Shown here one piece after another: positions 1 through 12,426 of a stretch of 64,000 bases of DNA. The position numbers and the translations under genes were made by a program. Under the pieces are notes generated by a model. It was given only the letters and a program-made list of their open reading frames with translations. It did not search any database and was not told where the DNA came from. The stretch is from Vicugna vicugna (Eukaryota): NCBI GenBank assembly GCA_013265495.1, contig MU061579.1, positions 5,950,963-6,014,962 of the forward strand, written 5' to 3'. Positions within the stretch are counted from its first letter, which is position 1. Each line of letters begins with the position of its first letter.

Positions 1-654
1 ATAAGCTGTTGAATATAGTTCCCTGGGCTATACGGTATAAACTTGTTTTTATCTATTTTGTATGTAGTACTTTATATCTGCTAACCCCAAATTCCTAATT
101 GATCCCACCCCCTCACCCTTAGGTAACTGTAAGTTTGTTTTCTATATCTATGAGTCTGTTTCTGTTTTGTAAATAAGTTCATTTGTGTCTTTTTTTTAAG
201 ATTCCACATATAAGTGTTATCATGGTATTTTTCTTTCTCTGACTTACTTCACTTAGTATCATAATCTCTAGGTCCATCCATGTTAGTGCAAATGGCAACA
301 TTTCATCCTTTTTATGGCTGAGTAGTATTCCATTGTATATATACACCACTTCTTTATCCAGTCATCTGTCAGTGGACATTTAGGTTGCTTCCATGTGTTG
401 GCTATTGTATGTAGTGCTGCTATGAATATTGGGGTGCATGTACCTTTTTGAATTAGAGTTCCCTCTGGATATATGCCCAGGAGTAGAGTTGCTGGATCAT
501 ATGGTAAGTCTATTTTTCATTTTTTGAGGAATCTCCATAGTGTTTTCCATAGTGACTGCACCAAACTACATTCCCACCAACAATGTTGGAGGGTTCCCTT
601 TTCTAGACACTTTCTCCAGCATTTATCATTTGTGGACCTTTTGATCATGGCCAT
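1..654 (-). mobile_element. Lineage-specific (camelid/cetartiodactyl-type) LINE-1 3' fragment: ORF2 C-terminus plus 3'UTR, 5'-truncated; runs off the window start
   Basis: Antisense L1 motifs 'gcccaggagtagagttgctggatcatatggtaagtctatttt', 'cattcccaccaacaatgttggagggttccc' and 'gattccacatataagtg'; homologous to the copies at 5337-6160 and 25372-25840. Confidence 0.92.
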
Positions 655-1319
655 CATAGAACTTTTGAATACACTATATATTCTTGCCTCTGTTTTAATG
701 TTCTATCTTCTGGGAACTTTTAAATGCTATAGACAAATAGTTACATTTTTCTTCCCCACCTTTATCAATTGCCCATGGGAAAGGCTGCATGGTAGGGTGA
801 GGCTCTTCAGTTCTCTTAAGGAAGATTTGGCTGGCTGTCTCTCAGAACTACTGGGAGCTATGATAAACTATGTATGTAAATGTTTACATGTCAGATACAT
901 GAAAAAAATACTGTGGTGAGCTTTTACAATGACTTTGATTCCCTGGCTTCACATTCTCTTTCTGAAGATCTGAGATGAGTCTTGGCAATACTCAAGCTTA
1001 ATAATTTGCCCAGATAATTCTGGCTGTACTTAGTCTTGGAAACACATGCTTAATGTTTTGAAAAATCAGTATCAAATAATTAATTATAAATTACTGACTT
1101 CTACTATTAATTGAAAATTGCCCTCTGGTTACTCCTTCCTTACTCATATTTTTATTGCAATAATTTTCTTAAAAATTAATAATATTTTTGATTCAAAATT
1201 CTGTTTGTTTTATTATGTTAACAATAATTGTTTCTATGTTACTTCTTCCTGGTTTCGTGGCTCATTAAAAAAAAATGTTTTATACCATGAACTTCCCTTC
1301 TTGAAAAATTTATTTTGAT

Positions 1320-1760
1320 GCATGTTTCCATTACCTGGATATATCTTCTAGTAATTTTTTCAGGATGACTACTTAGGTAGCATAATTTTCATGTCCTTGC
1401 ATGTCAAAGAATCTCTTTCTCCTGCAAATAAATTATGGCTTCTGAAGGTATAGAGTTCTTAGACCTTAATCTTTTCTTTCAAAGCTGCTGGTGTTGCTGT
1501 ATTGATTTCTGACCCTTAATGATCAGGAGAAAAAAAAAACCTAACACCAACCTCATTATATCCTTTGAAAGCAACCCATCTTTTCTGCTGGACATGCAGG
1601 GTGTCTATTTTTACTAAATTTGCCTGGTACTCTCTGACCTCTTTTGATCTGATGTCTCAAGTCTTTCCTCAGATCAGGAAACTTTTTAAACTTTTTAAAG
1701 TTGATGATCATATTTCTACCACCTTTTTCTGTTCTCTTTTATTCTAATTTCAAATAGCAA
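1320..1760 (-). mobile_element. Highly decayed old L1 (ORF1-region remnant)
   Basis: T-rich antisense L1-like text, e.g. 'ggtatagagttcttagacc...ttttctttcaaagctgctggtgttgctgtattgatttctgacc'. Confidence 0.45.
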
Positions 1761-2781
1761 TATAGTGGTTCTTCTCATCCTTACCCAATATTTTTCAGCT
1801 CTTACTATCTAAATGAATACTTTTTCCTGCAAAATCCAATCAAATGATGATTACCTCTATTTTTAAATTTTATCATAATTTTCTTTACATGAGTACATTC
1901 TTTTCTGATCTTAGTTTCCTCTTTTTAAATTCCAATAGTCTAGATTTTGTTGTAATTAAAAATTATATACTTTATTAGGTTCTACCTACCATTTTTTGTG
2001 AAGCCGCTCCTGAGTTTCAATAGATTTGTGTCCAGTTTTCTGCTGCTCAATATTTCTAAGGTCACATCATGTGTATGTATTGTATTCAAGTTTAATTTCT
2101 ATCCCCCGTCTGTTGTTGAATCATGAATTTAACAGATGTGCTTCCCTTTTTATATACAAATGTGTCCTTAATAAAAGCCAGATGCATACATGCCCTTGCT
2201 GTTGTCCATGACAAATCTAAGAGAAGAACTCCTGGAAACAACCACTCTTTTTTCACAAAGTATGTAAATTACTCTTTTATATGCTTATGTTGATAATTTC
2301 GATAAACTTTCCAATATATATAGAAAACCATTTAGGAACAATCCTTGAGAAGCTTCTCTGAATTTTTTATAGTAAAAGGCCAAGGCATTATGGGTAAAAT
2401 TTGATAAATTGAGAAAAATATTTAGCTATTACAGAAATTTTTATGCTCAGGTACCAAGCACCTAATTCAAATCCTCTTAAAAAATCAATATGTTGCAGTT
2501 CTCAGCTCTCCCAATGATTTTTAGAGTTTACATAAAAGATTTTACTTACATATAATTTGTTTGCTTGCACTTATAATTGAATAATGATTACTCTTCAAGT
2601 AATATTTTCCTCTAAGTATTTATTATTATTAGATTTCTTTTTAAGCCAAAAGTCACATTTAGAAGAGCCAAGTGGACCCCTGAATGGAAGTCCCCGGGGG
2701 GGTCAATAGTGAGTGGTGTATGACTTGCTGCCTATTAACAAGTTTTCTAACATTAATTATGCATGTCAGAAACTCAATGTG

Positions 2782-3130
2782 TGTATTAGTCAGAGTTCCC
2801 AGAGAAACACAACCAGCAGGGTGTATATTTATATAAAAAGGTTTAGGATAGGAATTGGCTCACTTGAATTTAGAATCTGACAAGTCCCAAATTTGCAGTG
2901 TGGGCTGGCAACCTGGATACCCAGGAGAACTGATGCTGACGGTGTCTGCTGGGAACTGCCCCTTGTTTCTGGAGGAAGCCAGTCTTTTTTCTATTCCAGC
3001 TTAACTTTAGCTGATTGGGTGATGCCACTCCGACCATGGAGAGCAATCTGCTTTACTCAAAGTCTACCCACTTAAATGTAACCACAACCAAAAACACACT
3101 CCAAGGTAACACATAAAATGAACCATCTCA
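2782..3130 (-). mobile_element. MLT2-type (ERVL) solo LTR
   Basis: Ends 'tgtattagtcagagttcccagagaaacacaacc' and 'acacataaaatgaaccatctca' match the MLT2 pattern; internal 'ctgattgggtgatgcccact...atctgctttactcaaagtctac'. Confidence 0.85.
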
Positions 3131-3494
3131 CTATCATAGAGGAAAAATCATGATTTGGAATCTAAAGACCTTAATCAATTTATTTAACCAATTTAAGTCT
3201 CCATATACTTCTCTATAAAAGAAAAATAATATAAATTAAATAGTTACGAGGATGAAATAACATGACACATTGAAGCACAGGATGCAAGCTAGAACTGGGT
3301 AATTAACCAGAGTCAGAAATTTTTTCCTGTGCTACAGAAAGGAAGAAAAGATACAAGTTGATCTTTGGAGGATATGGGTGAAGAATCAGGAGGGGAAACA
3401 TAATATTAGTTGATTCTCTATAGGTTTCCAGTTTACTCTCTCATCTCATTAATTTCACATTATGGAGCTGGGCAATTTCTAAATGAGGCAATAT

Positions 3495-3746
3495 TACATT
3501 GGCTAAGAACAGTGATGCTTATGCAGACAGCCCTGGGTGTGTGCTCAAGCCCGGCACTTACTGGCGCATGGGCTTGTGAAGCCACATGACCCTTCTGAGC
3601 TTCAATTTCCTCATCTGTGAAGGCAGGAAGTGCTTGTCCCTCATAGAGTATTATAAAGATTTATAAGATGATGCATGTAAGCACTTGACAAAAGGCCTAG
3701 CATACAGGAAGAACTGAACAAGTGATAGCTTTTTCATTGTTATTAT
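3495..3746 (+). mobile_element. MIR SINE
   Basis: MIR core 'cttctgagcttcaatttcctcatctgtgaa' and tail 'gcacttgacaaaaggcctagcatacagg'. Confidence 0.8.
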
Positions 3747-5301
3747 AAATGTTAGTAGTTAGGCCCTCCTTATTAGATTAGCCCAAGAAATCACATAAAC
3801 AATTGTTAATGAAAGCATATTGAGGACACATATCTATTAAAATACTACAGAAACATGGAAAAATTATAACACAGTTACTCTGATTTTTTTACTTTATAAA
3901 AACTTACTTTCCAGAGGAGTTATTTCATATCAACTCTAAAATGCGGTAGGAAAAAAAAAAAAAAACACACAAGATGACCCCTGCTACTAGGTTTCAGGAT
4001 CTCATAGGAAATTTCACTTAAATCTGTACAACCTCTCGGTAGTTAACCGCTGTTGAATTTAAAGAAAGTGTTTCATCAGTTTTGTTTCTGAAGATTACTA
4101 ATAAATAGAGAAACAGAACTTAAATCCCAAAATATGACATTCTCAGGGACAAGAGTCCAAAAAGTCATAAAATCAAGTTAACACTTTGCTTTGTTTCATT
4201 TCCCATCAACAATGAAATTTTGCACTTAACTTATTTTAAATTGTCAGTATGTGGTGTTGATAAACATACGTGTTTGTAGGAGAGGAACAGTAATTCTACA
4301 TTAGGTTAATAAGTGATTGGAAGTCAAATCTAATCACATCAAATTACCAAAGAAACAAAACAGAGACAGAAATTTCAACATGCAAAATTGAGTATGAATC
4401 TGCAATTAAAAGGGGAAAGTGATTAACAAATGTATCAGAAGTAATGTTCACAAACCTTTTCAAAAAGTTTGGCTATGCAGAGAACAAAAATAGTGGAAAT
4501 AGACCTCTTATCTCTAGAAAACACATTTGTTAGGCTTAGAAACAAGATATAAATTATGTATACCATTGCTGCAATGAAAAAATACAATTGTTGCTTAAAA
4601 AATTCATTAAGTTGTAAATAAATTTTAGTTAACCCATGAGTTGATTATTCATCTCAGGAATTTGTCTGGGAGGATTTGAATGCCTACGTGGTGAATAGAA
4701 TTAAGATAGGCAGTGTTTTGACATTTTATCCAATGTGAAGGTGGAAATCACGGAGACAGAGAATGAGAGAGAGAGAGAACTACTTAAAAGCAGGCCCCAA
4801 AGCCAAGGCTGCACAAGAAAAATCAGGTAGAAATTGGGGTAATGATTTCCATGCATTTTAATATAATAAATCAAACCACAAAGTGCCAAGTAATCTGATG
4901 TGTGGACTTCGAAGAGTAAACCTAAAAAAACTGCCCATTTTAAGAAGTGATTTTGAGCGATTTGAAATTGCATCAAAAATGAAAAAAGATACCAATTATC
5001 TGAAATCTTGGGTGTTGATTCCAATTCATGGCAGACTTCTAGCTGTGTGAAGTAATTGAAATGGACTGTCTATTTTTTCTTTCTTCTCTTTCTCTTCATC
5101 ATATAACAAGCTGGTTGCCTATTTTTTTTTCCAGTAGCTAAAATCAGTATAGTAACTGATGATCTCCTCATACACTGAAAAAATTCCCTTATCACACTCC
5201 ATTAATATCCGTCCATCTCTAAAGTGGAAGGAGATCCAGTGGCTTTAAAGTGCCAGACTCTTCTGTGATGCAGGCACTTGCCTGTATCAGAGTCTAGAGA
5301 C

Positions 5302-6815
5302 TGTAAGGATAAAGACAAATTAAAACTAAGGCACTTATCATTAAAAAGTCCACAAATGACAAATGCTGGAGAGGGTGTGGAGAAAACGGAACCTTCCTAC
5401 ACTGCTGATGGGAATATTATTTGGTGCAGCCATTATGGAAAACAGTATGGAGATTCATTTAAAAAACTAAAAATGGACTTACCATATGACCCAGCAATCC
5501 CACTCCTGGGCATATATCCAGACAGAACTCTAATTCAAAAAGATACACGCACCCCAGTGTTCATAGCAGCACTGCATACAATAGCCAAGACACAGAAACA
5601 ACTTAAAACTCCACTGACAGATGACTGAATAAAAAAGTTGTAATATATTTATACAATGGACTACTACTCAGTCCATTATGAAAAATAAAATAATGCCATT
5701 TGTAGCAATATGGATGGACCTGGAAATCGTCATTCTAAGTGAAGTAATCCAGAAAAAGAAATAAAAATACCAAATGCTATCACTCATATGTGGAATCTAA
5801 AAAAAGAAAAGAAAAAAGAGGATGCTAGTGAACTCATCTACAAAACAGAAACAGACTCTCAGGCATAGTAAACAATCTTATGGCTACTGGGGGCAAGGGG
5901 ATGGAAAGGGATAAATTTGGGAGTTTGAGATTTGCAAATGATAACCACTATACATAGAAATAGACTAAAAAACAAATTTCTTCTGTATAGCACAGGGAAC
6001 TATTTTCAGTATCTTATAATAACCTTTAATGAAAAAGATTATGAAAAGAGTATATACACATACATACACACACATGCACACATACACACAACTGAAACAT
6101 GATGCTGTACACCAGGAACTGATACATTGTAACTGACTATATTTCAGTTAGAAAAAAAAGAAAGGCTTAATTATCCTGTTGAAAATGAGGAAAGACATCT
6201 CTTTCTTTTTTCTTAGGGCATTTATCTTAGAAAACTTTTATGTACTTTTTCCTCTCTTTGAAATGTATACAAGTCCCTTTGAAGACTAGATAGGCCTTTC
6301 GTCAGCTCTCTGACCTAGGTCTTTCTCAAGGCCATGAGACCTATGTCTTTGAAATGCAGTAATTAGAAACAGCACCTCTACATCCCAGTTTCCGTGCGAG
6401 GCAGGAGCCCAACTTCCATGAGTGCCTTGCTCCAAGTTGCAAAACTACCTCCTGCCATAAGATATGAGAGTTTGTTTTTTCTCCAGATAAAGGCAGTTAG
6501 CTAACACAGGTGATCACCCCACTTACCAGGGACATTTAAGATGAATTACGTGCGACAAATAGTATTGTGAAGTCTTTTCACCTGAGGACCCGTTACTGTC
6601 TATTTTAGAACATGTATGTGAGGGGCTATACCTGCTTGACTCTATAAAAGAGTGAGATTTCTTTCTGTCTTTGCAGTCTCTGAGAGGATTGTCTGATGTG
6701 TGTCACATTCTGGTTTAATGATTATTCAATAATAAAATTGTTTTCTTTCTCTACTACATCTGTGGAGAGGTTTTTCTGGGTTGGAGATTTTGTTTCTAAG
6801 TACATTTCCCCAACA
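5302..6815 (+). mobile_element. ERV1-class solo LTR (MER34/MER39-like), interrupted near its 5' end by an L1 insertion
   Basis: TG at 5302 and CA at 6815; near-match 4 bp TSD agac/agat; TATA-like 'tataaaag' ~6643 and AATAAA ~6731; LTR sequence resumes after the L1 tail (aaggcactt / aaggctt). Confidence 0.75.
5337..6160 (+). mobile_element. Lineage-specific LINE-1 3' fragment (ORF2 C-terminus, 3'UTR, A-rich tail)
   Basis: ORF 5278..5628 includes '[21 protein letters not shown]', the L1 ORF2 C-terminus; 3'UTR 'gggagtttgagatttgcaaatg...tgtatagcacagggaac'; A tail at ~6151-6160. Confidence 0.93.
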
Positions 6816-9254
6816 AGATCCTCTTGTAATGTTGAGTAGGAGATAGGGCAACATACCTAACTAGCCTATACAGACTTTTTATTAATATACATATATACAT
6901 TTTAAAAGCATTTTCACTGACACGAATATCTAACCCAGAACAGTCCATTTTCTTCACCAAGATAGAGTATCAATCATCTCTTTGGATATTTCATTGAAAT
7001 ATTTTCTTTTCATCCCCTGCTTTAATTTAGAACAACCTATCTAATTTATTCTTAAGGAAAATTGAATCTCTGCTGTTTTCTATTCAGTAAAAATTATTTT
7101 ATTTCTATAAAATAGAAACATAATCTGTTGACCAGCTTCATAATGTAGTCCATAGTGGTAACAATAAATATATAGTCAAAATCAACAGTCTGTTGTTATA
7201 TTAGAGTTGTGTTCCAATCCATGCTCCAGTAGAAGGAGCATGGTCAACCCAAGGTAAGAAATCAAAAATAAGAATGCTAGAAGAGGGCAGAAACAGGCAG
7301 CAAGAGATAAAACTTAAGGAGAAGTAGTATTTCCCCTATAGTACTGAATTTTGAATCATGGAGGATAATTAATATTAATTCCTTATCCATTTCTCATTGG
7401 CTAATGTCTGGAATTGGGGCCACTCATCAAGACTTGACTGTAGAGCCTCTTGAACTTAGAAGAAAGAGACACCAGGAAAGAGTAAAAAGGAATTAGGGTA
7501 TAGTAATGTTCCATTAAAAAACAATGTCTTTGGGATATTATTTCTGTTGGAAAATATCCACTTAATTTCATCTTTAAACCAGTGTCATTTGGAAGCTGAC
7601 AGATTTTCTTGGTAAAGGTGAATTGTGTTTCATTTTGACAGTTGTAACATTAATTTTTCAAAGAATGTTTTTCAACTATTGATCGGGTTTCAGGGAAAGT
7701 GAAGCCTGGTTCTCTCTCTATATATGCCCATATTTTTCTAGACATTATACTTTCTATTTTGTATTTTCAGTTGTTTGTAGCAATTTATTTTGAAATCTTT
7801 GAAGGCCTAACAGATTTTGTCCTTTTAAAGTTTTTCCACTTCCTATCTTGTCACATCAAACATGCTGGAAATTTTTAATAAAAGATGAGTATTTCATTTT
7901 ATTCTTCTGTTTCACTGCAAAGAGATAATGCATACTTTAGAACAAAGTATCAACTAGCACAATATGTTGTGTGTCCTGACAAAACATCAAGATTGAGGAT
8001 TCCACTGGGGCCGGGGGGAGTATAATAATCCTGCATCAAGAAATCCTGGTTCCTCTCCTGATGTGTCAAATGGGAAGCAAGATGCTTAACTTTTTATATG
8101 TTTATTCCCTCTTTGATGGAAAAAAGAGTATGAGTCCTTGCCTGGTTTAATCACAGGGTTGTGGTGAAATGCATATATGCATATGAGATAATATTAGTAA
8201 GCGCATTTAAAAAAAAAAAAACTAACACAAGGTTATTGCAGTTGTAAAAACTTCACTCACCCTAACACCGGCTAATCCAAGAGAAGCTGCAGAGAAGACT
8301 AGCTCTCAGCAAAATGGGTAGTTAGAGTTATATTTCTTGCTGACGCTAAGAAACCCAGTATGGTCCCATACACCACCAAGGCCTCAGTCCTGGAGCTGTG
8401 ATCTAAGCAAGCCAAATTTGCCACTGTTCTTTTGCCCCTCGCTACACATCTGTCCTCACCTTGAAGTCATTCTTACCTCTGGAAAAAGACTCAGTCAGCA
8501 CTAGCAGATCCCTCCTTTTGTACTCATGGGACATATCGATGACTAACTCTAGAACTCATTCCCTCAGAGCTCAGTGTCAGAGTTCTTCAAAGCAAAGCAC
8601 AGTGTACACCCACTATCAACAAGCAGAGATTTGCACACAAGATATTCGCCACTTTTGAGCTAGAGCTCATTATTTCTACTCTCCCAGTCATGATGTATAG
8701 GTTTTAAGACTGGCCTTTAGGAGGCAGTGTCTTTGCTGTGGAGGTCACTTTTTTTAATGAAAACTGGGACTTGAACTGGTTAAAATAGATTGCTTAGAAC
8801 TAGCGTGAACGAAGAGCAAAGTAAGGGCAGGAACAGGTAGCGGCTGCACAACACAGTGGTCTCTGGTTCTGGTCTTCTGTAGCAAGACCTTACACACACA
8901 ATTAGTCAGTAAAAGGGAGCCATAGAGAAAACAATAAAAACAAGATTTACAAGTTAGGATTATGTCTTTTATTTTGAGAACAGATGGGAGGGGGAACAGG
9001 GACAGAAGTCCAGGGTGCATATGTGATAAATGGCACAGGAACTCATTTTATGGAAGTGAGATTTAAATCTTTGAGTCAATGACTGAGAAAGAAGGAAGAT
9101 TACATTGAGGCACAAGGAATACTTGGGAACATTATGTTCATGTCTTAAGGAGAAGTTATCTCCTTTTCTAGGTTTCATGAGCAGTGTATATAGAAATACC
9201 TGAGAAAGCGCTACAGCCCAGTAAGAGATCCAGGCAAGGGAAGGGTGGGCTCCA

Positions 9255-10330
9255 CTTTTCTATTGCTGCATGATGACCCTTTCCACAATGTAGTGCCTGA
9301 AACAAAACCGCTTCTTTTAGCGCATTGTTTTGTAAATGAGGAGTTGGGTAGGGCTTGGCTGGGCAATCCTACAGTTTCCTTTGGCATCACTGATCACTCC
9401 GTTGCCTGGGTGAGTCTGGAAATTCAATACTGCTGAGATGGCTGGAAGGCTGGCTCACTAGGTCTCTCATTGTCTCTTATCTTAGAGCTTCTGCACATGG
9501 TCTTTTTGAGACAGGATGGAAGGGGGCAGGACACAGCCATTCAAGGAATGCTACAGCAATTAACATCAAAATGGTGAAAGATTCAACCCCCAGTAGGCCT
9601 TGAGGCTCAGGATGGTGGGAGATTTAACTTCTAGTAGATCTTGAGCTTCATTATACGCTCATTGTAATATATTAACATGTTAAATAATATGTCCACAGGC
9701 ACCATGGCCGTCCCAAGGCTAGCCACAAAAGGTCAAAGAGTGGGAAATGGCCAGCTTCCTGGGATCCCAGCCTCCTCCCCAGGCTAGTTAAGACTGGTCC
9801 TTCCCCTTGGTAGCATATGAAGCCACCAAGCCCATAAAAACTAGCAACACGGCACCTCGCGGCCACCCCTCTCTCTCCCTCTTCAGAGACGGCCCGCACA
9901 CCGTCTATGGCGTGTGTACCTACTTTTAATCTGAGCACACAACCCCCACACCTTGTGGCCTTTCTCTTGCCTTTCAATGTATCTCTCTGAATAAATCTAC
10001 CTTCACTTAACTGTGGCTCACTCTTGAATTCTTTCCTGTGCGAAGCCAAGGACCCACACTTGGCAGGGCACGTCCCAGGGGCTCAACCGAAGCCTGGGAC
10101 ACGGCCCTTCTCATGCCCCACATCCATTTTCCTGCATCATCTCCATCCAGGTGGCTGGACAGCTTCCATAATAGCTTCCAGTGTCTTAAGGTCTGGGCCC
10201 CCCAAATAGCCCAGTGTTATTTCCCCTGTAACCTAAAGGTCAAGTACTCACAGATTATAATTCAAAAGGAGGAAAAACAGATTCTCTCCCTTGAGGGGAA
10301 GCGTCTGAGAGGATCTGACCATCTCACCTG
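9255..10330 (-). mobile_element. MLT1 (MaLR) LTR split by the ERV1 LTR at 9507-10139
   Basis: 'ttttctattgctgcat...aaacaaaacc...gggcttggctgggcaatcc' on the left; 'attcaaaaggaggaaaaacagattctctcccttgagggga' on the right. Confidence 0.6.
9507..10139 (+). mobile_element. MER41-like ERV1 solo LTR, relatively young (CpGs retained)
   Basis: Begins 'tgagacagga', ends 'cctgcatca'; TATA-like 'cataaaaa' ~9833; AATAAA ~9990; MER41-type 3' motif 'ctcactcttgaattctttcctgtgcgaagccaaggaccc'. Confidence 0.82.
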
Positions 10331-11018
10331 TGTCTTTACATGTTGGGAGGATTTTTAGTAGCATTGTATCTTAACTCATCGCTGGGAAATCACAGGCTCC
10401 AGAAAAATTACTCTTTTGTTCTTACCTTTGTTCTTTTTATGCAGTCAGTAGGAAGAATTCCTAATTTAATAGTCAGTTTTAAGTGGATGGCTTAAGTGAT
10501 CTTTTTTTTTTCCTTGTTTCAGTTAATATCCCTCGCCCTCCACATTATTATCCCATAACTTCCCAAACCAAAGCCATCTGTTTTAAAAGTACCAGTGACC
10601 CAGAATGACTTTTTTGGCACAGATCCATTTTACGTAAGAAATGATCTGCAAAAAAGTTCCCTAGACTACGGGCAATAAGATATGTTTCCTTTTTGGATTT
10701 AGTATAAGTGAGAATCAGTCTTTTAACCTCTCTGATTCTTGCGTGGATAATAAGCTCTCCTTTATCTAAAACTTGGAATTGTAGCTAATTAACAAGGTAA
10801 CGTGTATTAAGGTCTTTTGACTTTTATGTATGAAGGCGTATTATGATTGGACTCATTAAAATTCCAATTTCAAACATTGTAAATTAACATATGCAACTTC
10901 AAAAGATATGTTAAAATGTTACAGTGGAAAAATTCATGAAAAAATGTTAACTATGATGTACTTTTGATGATTTTATCTTATTGTTTCCAGTTCAAAACTT
11001 TTTTCTTTTTCTTTTTTT

Positions 11019-11071
11019 TTTTTTGATTTATGATGGTCTTTAGATTTTTTTGATTTATGATGGTCTTTAGA
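11019..11071. repeat. Two-copy tandem repeat, 27 bp period
   Basis: 'ttttttgatttatgatggtctttaga' occurs twice (G at 11025 and 11052). Confidence 0.95.
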
Positions 11072-11164
11072 TTGTCTCATCCTTCTGCTTTCCCAGGATC
11101 TCACCTTTTCCAAGGTTATGCCAAGAGACTTGACCTTATTTGACTTACTCTCTTCTTCCCCCCC

Positions 11165-11486
11165 AAATTATATATAGCAACTTCATTTCCAGTTTAATAA
11201 TTAAGTCTGAATTATTTTTTTACATTAGGGATCATAATTACTGATCTTTCCTAGTTCTATTTATGTACATGAAAGACTTTTATTTAAGGAGAACATTTTC
11301 TTTAATTAAAGGTTGACTGAGAAGAAAAATTATATATAGCAACTTCATTTCTAGTTTAATAATTGTCTGAATTATTTTTTTACATTAGGGATCATAATTA
11401 CTGATCTTTCCTAGTTCTATTTATGCACATGAAAGACTTTTATTTAGGGAGAACATTTTCTTTAATTAAAGGTTGACTGAGAAGGA
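11165..11486. repeat. Tandem duplication, 162 bp unit x2
   Basis: 'aaattatatatagcaacttcattt...ggttgactgagaag' starts at 11165 and at 11327; about 4 substitutions and one 2 bp indel. Confidence 0.97.
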
Positions 11487-11811
11487 AATGTCAGGAACTG
11501 ATGGTCCAAGGCATAGTGTCACATTCAATTCATTGTGGACACATTCAGCAAAAAATTATTACTGGGAAATGTTTTCCAAATTGTTCCTTAAATGTTAGAA
11601 AAGTACTCTTAAAGAACATAATTATTTTCCTTCTTAAGATTAGGGCCTCTTTCTGTTCTAATCAGAGAATACCAAATTCTAGACAGCCAAAATTTTTCAA
11701 TTTATTAGTACTTCAGACATCGAAAAGGTTATGGGTATCTCTAGTGTGCTACCTAGATCACTCTTAAATTGCAACATTACATACATTTGCACATAACCTC
11801 CCCTCTCGCCC

Positions 11812-12092
11812 TTGCTCTGGATATACACCCAGGAGTGAGATTGCTGCATCATATGGTAAGTCTATTTTTAGTCTTCTGAGGAATCTCCTCTCAGTGTAGT
11901 TTTGATTGCATTTCTCTCATAATTAGCGATATTGAGCATTTTTTCATGTGCCTGTTGGCTTTTTGTATGTCTTCACTGGAGAACTGATTGTTTAGGTCTT
12001 CTGCTCATTTCTGGGTTGGGTTGTTTGTTTTTTGATTATTAAGTTGTGTGAGCTGTTTGTGTATTCTGGAAATTAAGCCCTTGTCAATCACA
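11812..12092 (-). mobile_element. Lineage-specific L1 ORF2 internal fragment with an internal deletion
   Basis: 'cccaggagtgagattgctgcatcatatggtaagtc' is joined at ~11888 to 'gttttgattgcatttctctcataattagcgatattgagc'. Confidence 0.85.
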
Positions 12093-12129
12093 TATGCACA
12101 TATTCTTGGTCTCTCTTATTCTGCTCTAT

Positions 12130-12330
12130 TTTTTCTCTTTTTCCATGGTACTTAGCAACTTATAATACCCTAAATATTCAACTCATTTATTAGAGTTTAT
12201 TGTGTTTTCCTGTTCTTCCTATAATGAAGTGTCATGAATGCAAAGGTCTTGTTTTATTCACCTTCAGGCCCTTAGAACAGTGCCTGGCACAGAGCAGGTG
12301 CTCAGTAAATATTATTGAATTATTGAAGAA
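12130..12330 (+). mobile_element. L2 3' end
   Basis: 'cttagaacagtgcctggcacagagcaggtgctcagtaaatattattgaat'. Confidence 0.8.
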
Positions 12331-12426
12331 ATACTAACTAAGCTTAATAATCATCAGTAGATTATGCATTACAAAAATATAAATGTCAAATCAATAAGCA
12401 AATTATCACAAAGATGGTTATGAATC

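Noticed and set aside
473..919. 148 aa ORF
   Set aside because: Antisense reading of the L1 3' fragment running into flanking DNA
8722..8742. 'aggcagtgtctttgctgtgg' resembling miR-34
   Set aside because: Diverges from the mature miR-34/449 sequences and I see no complementary arm
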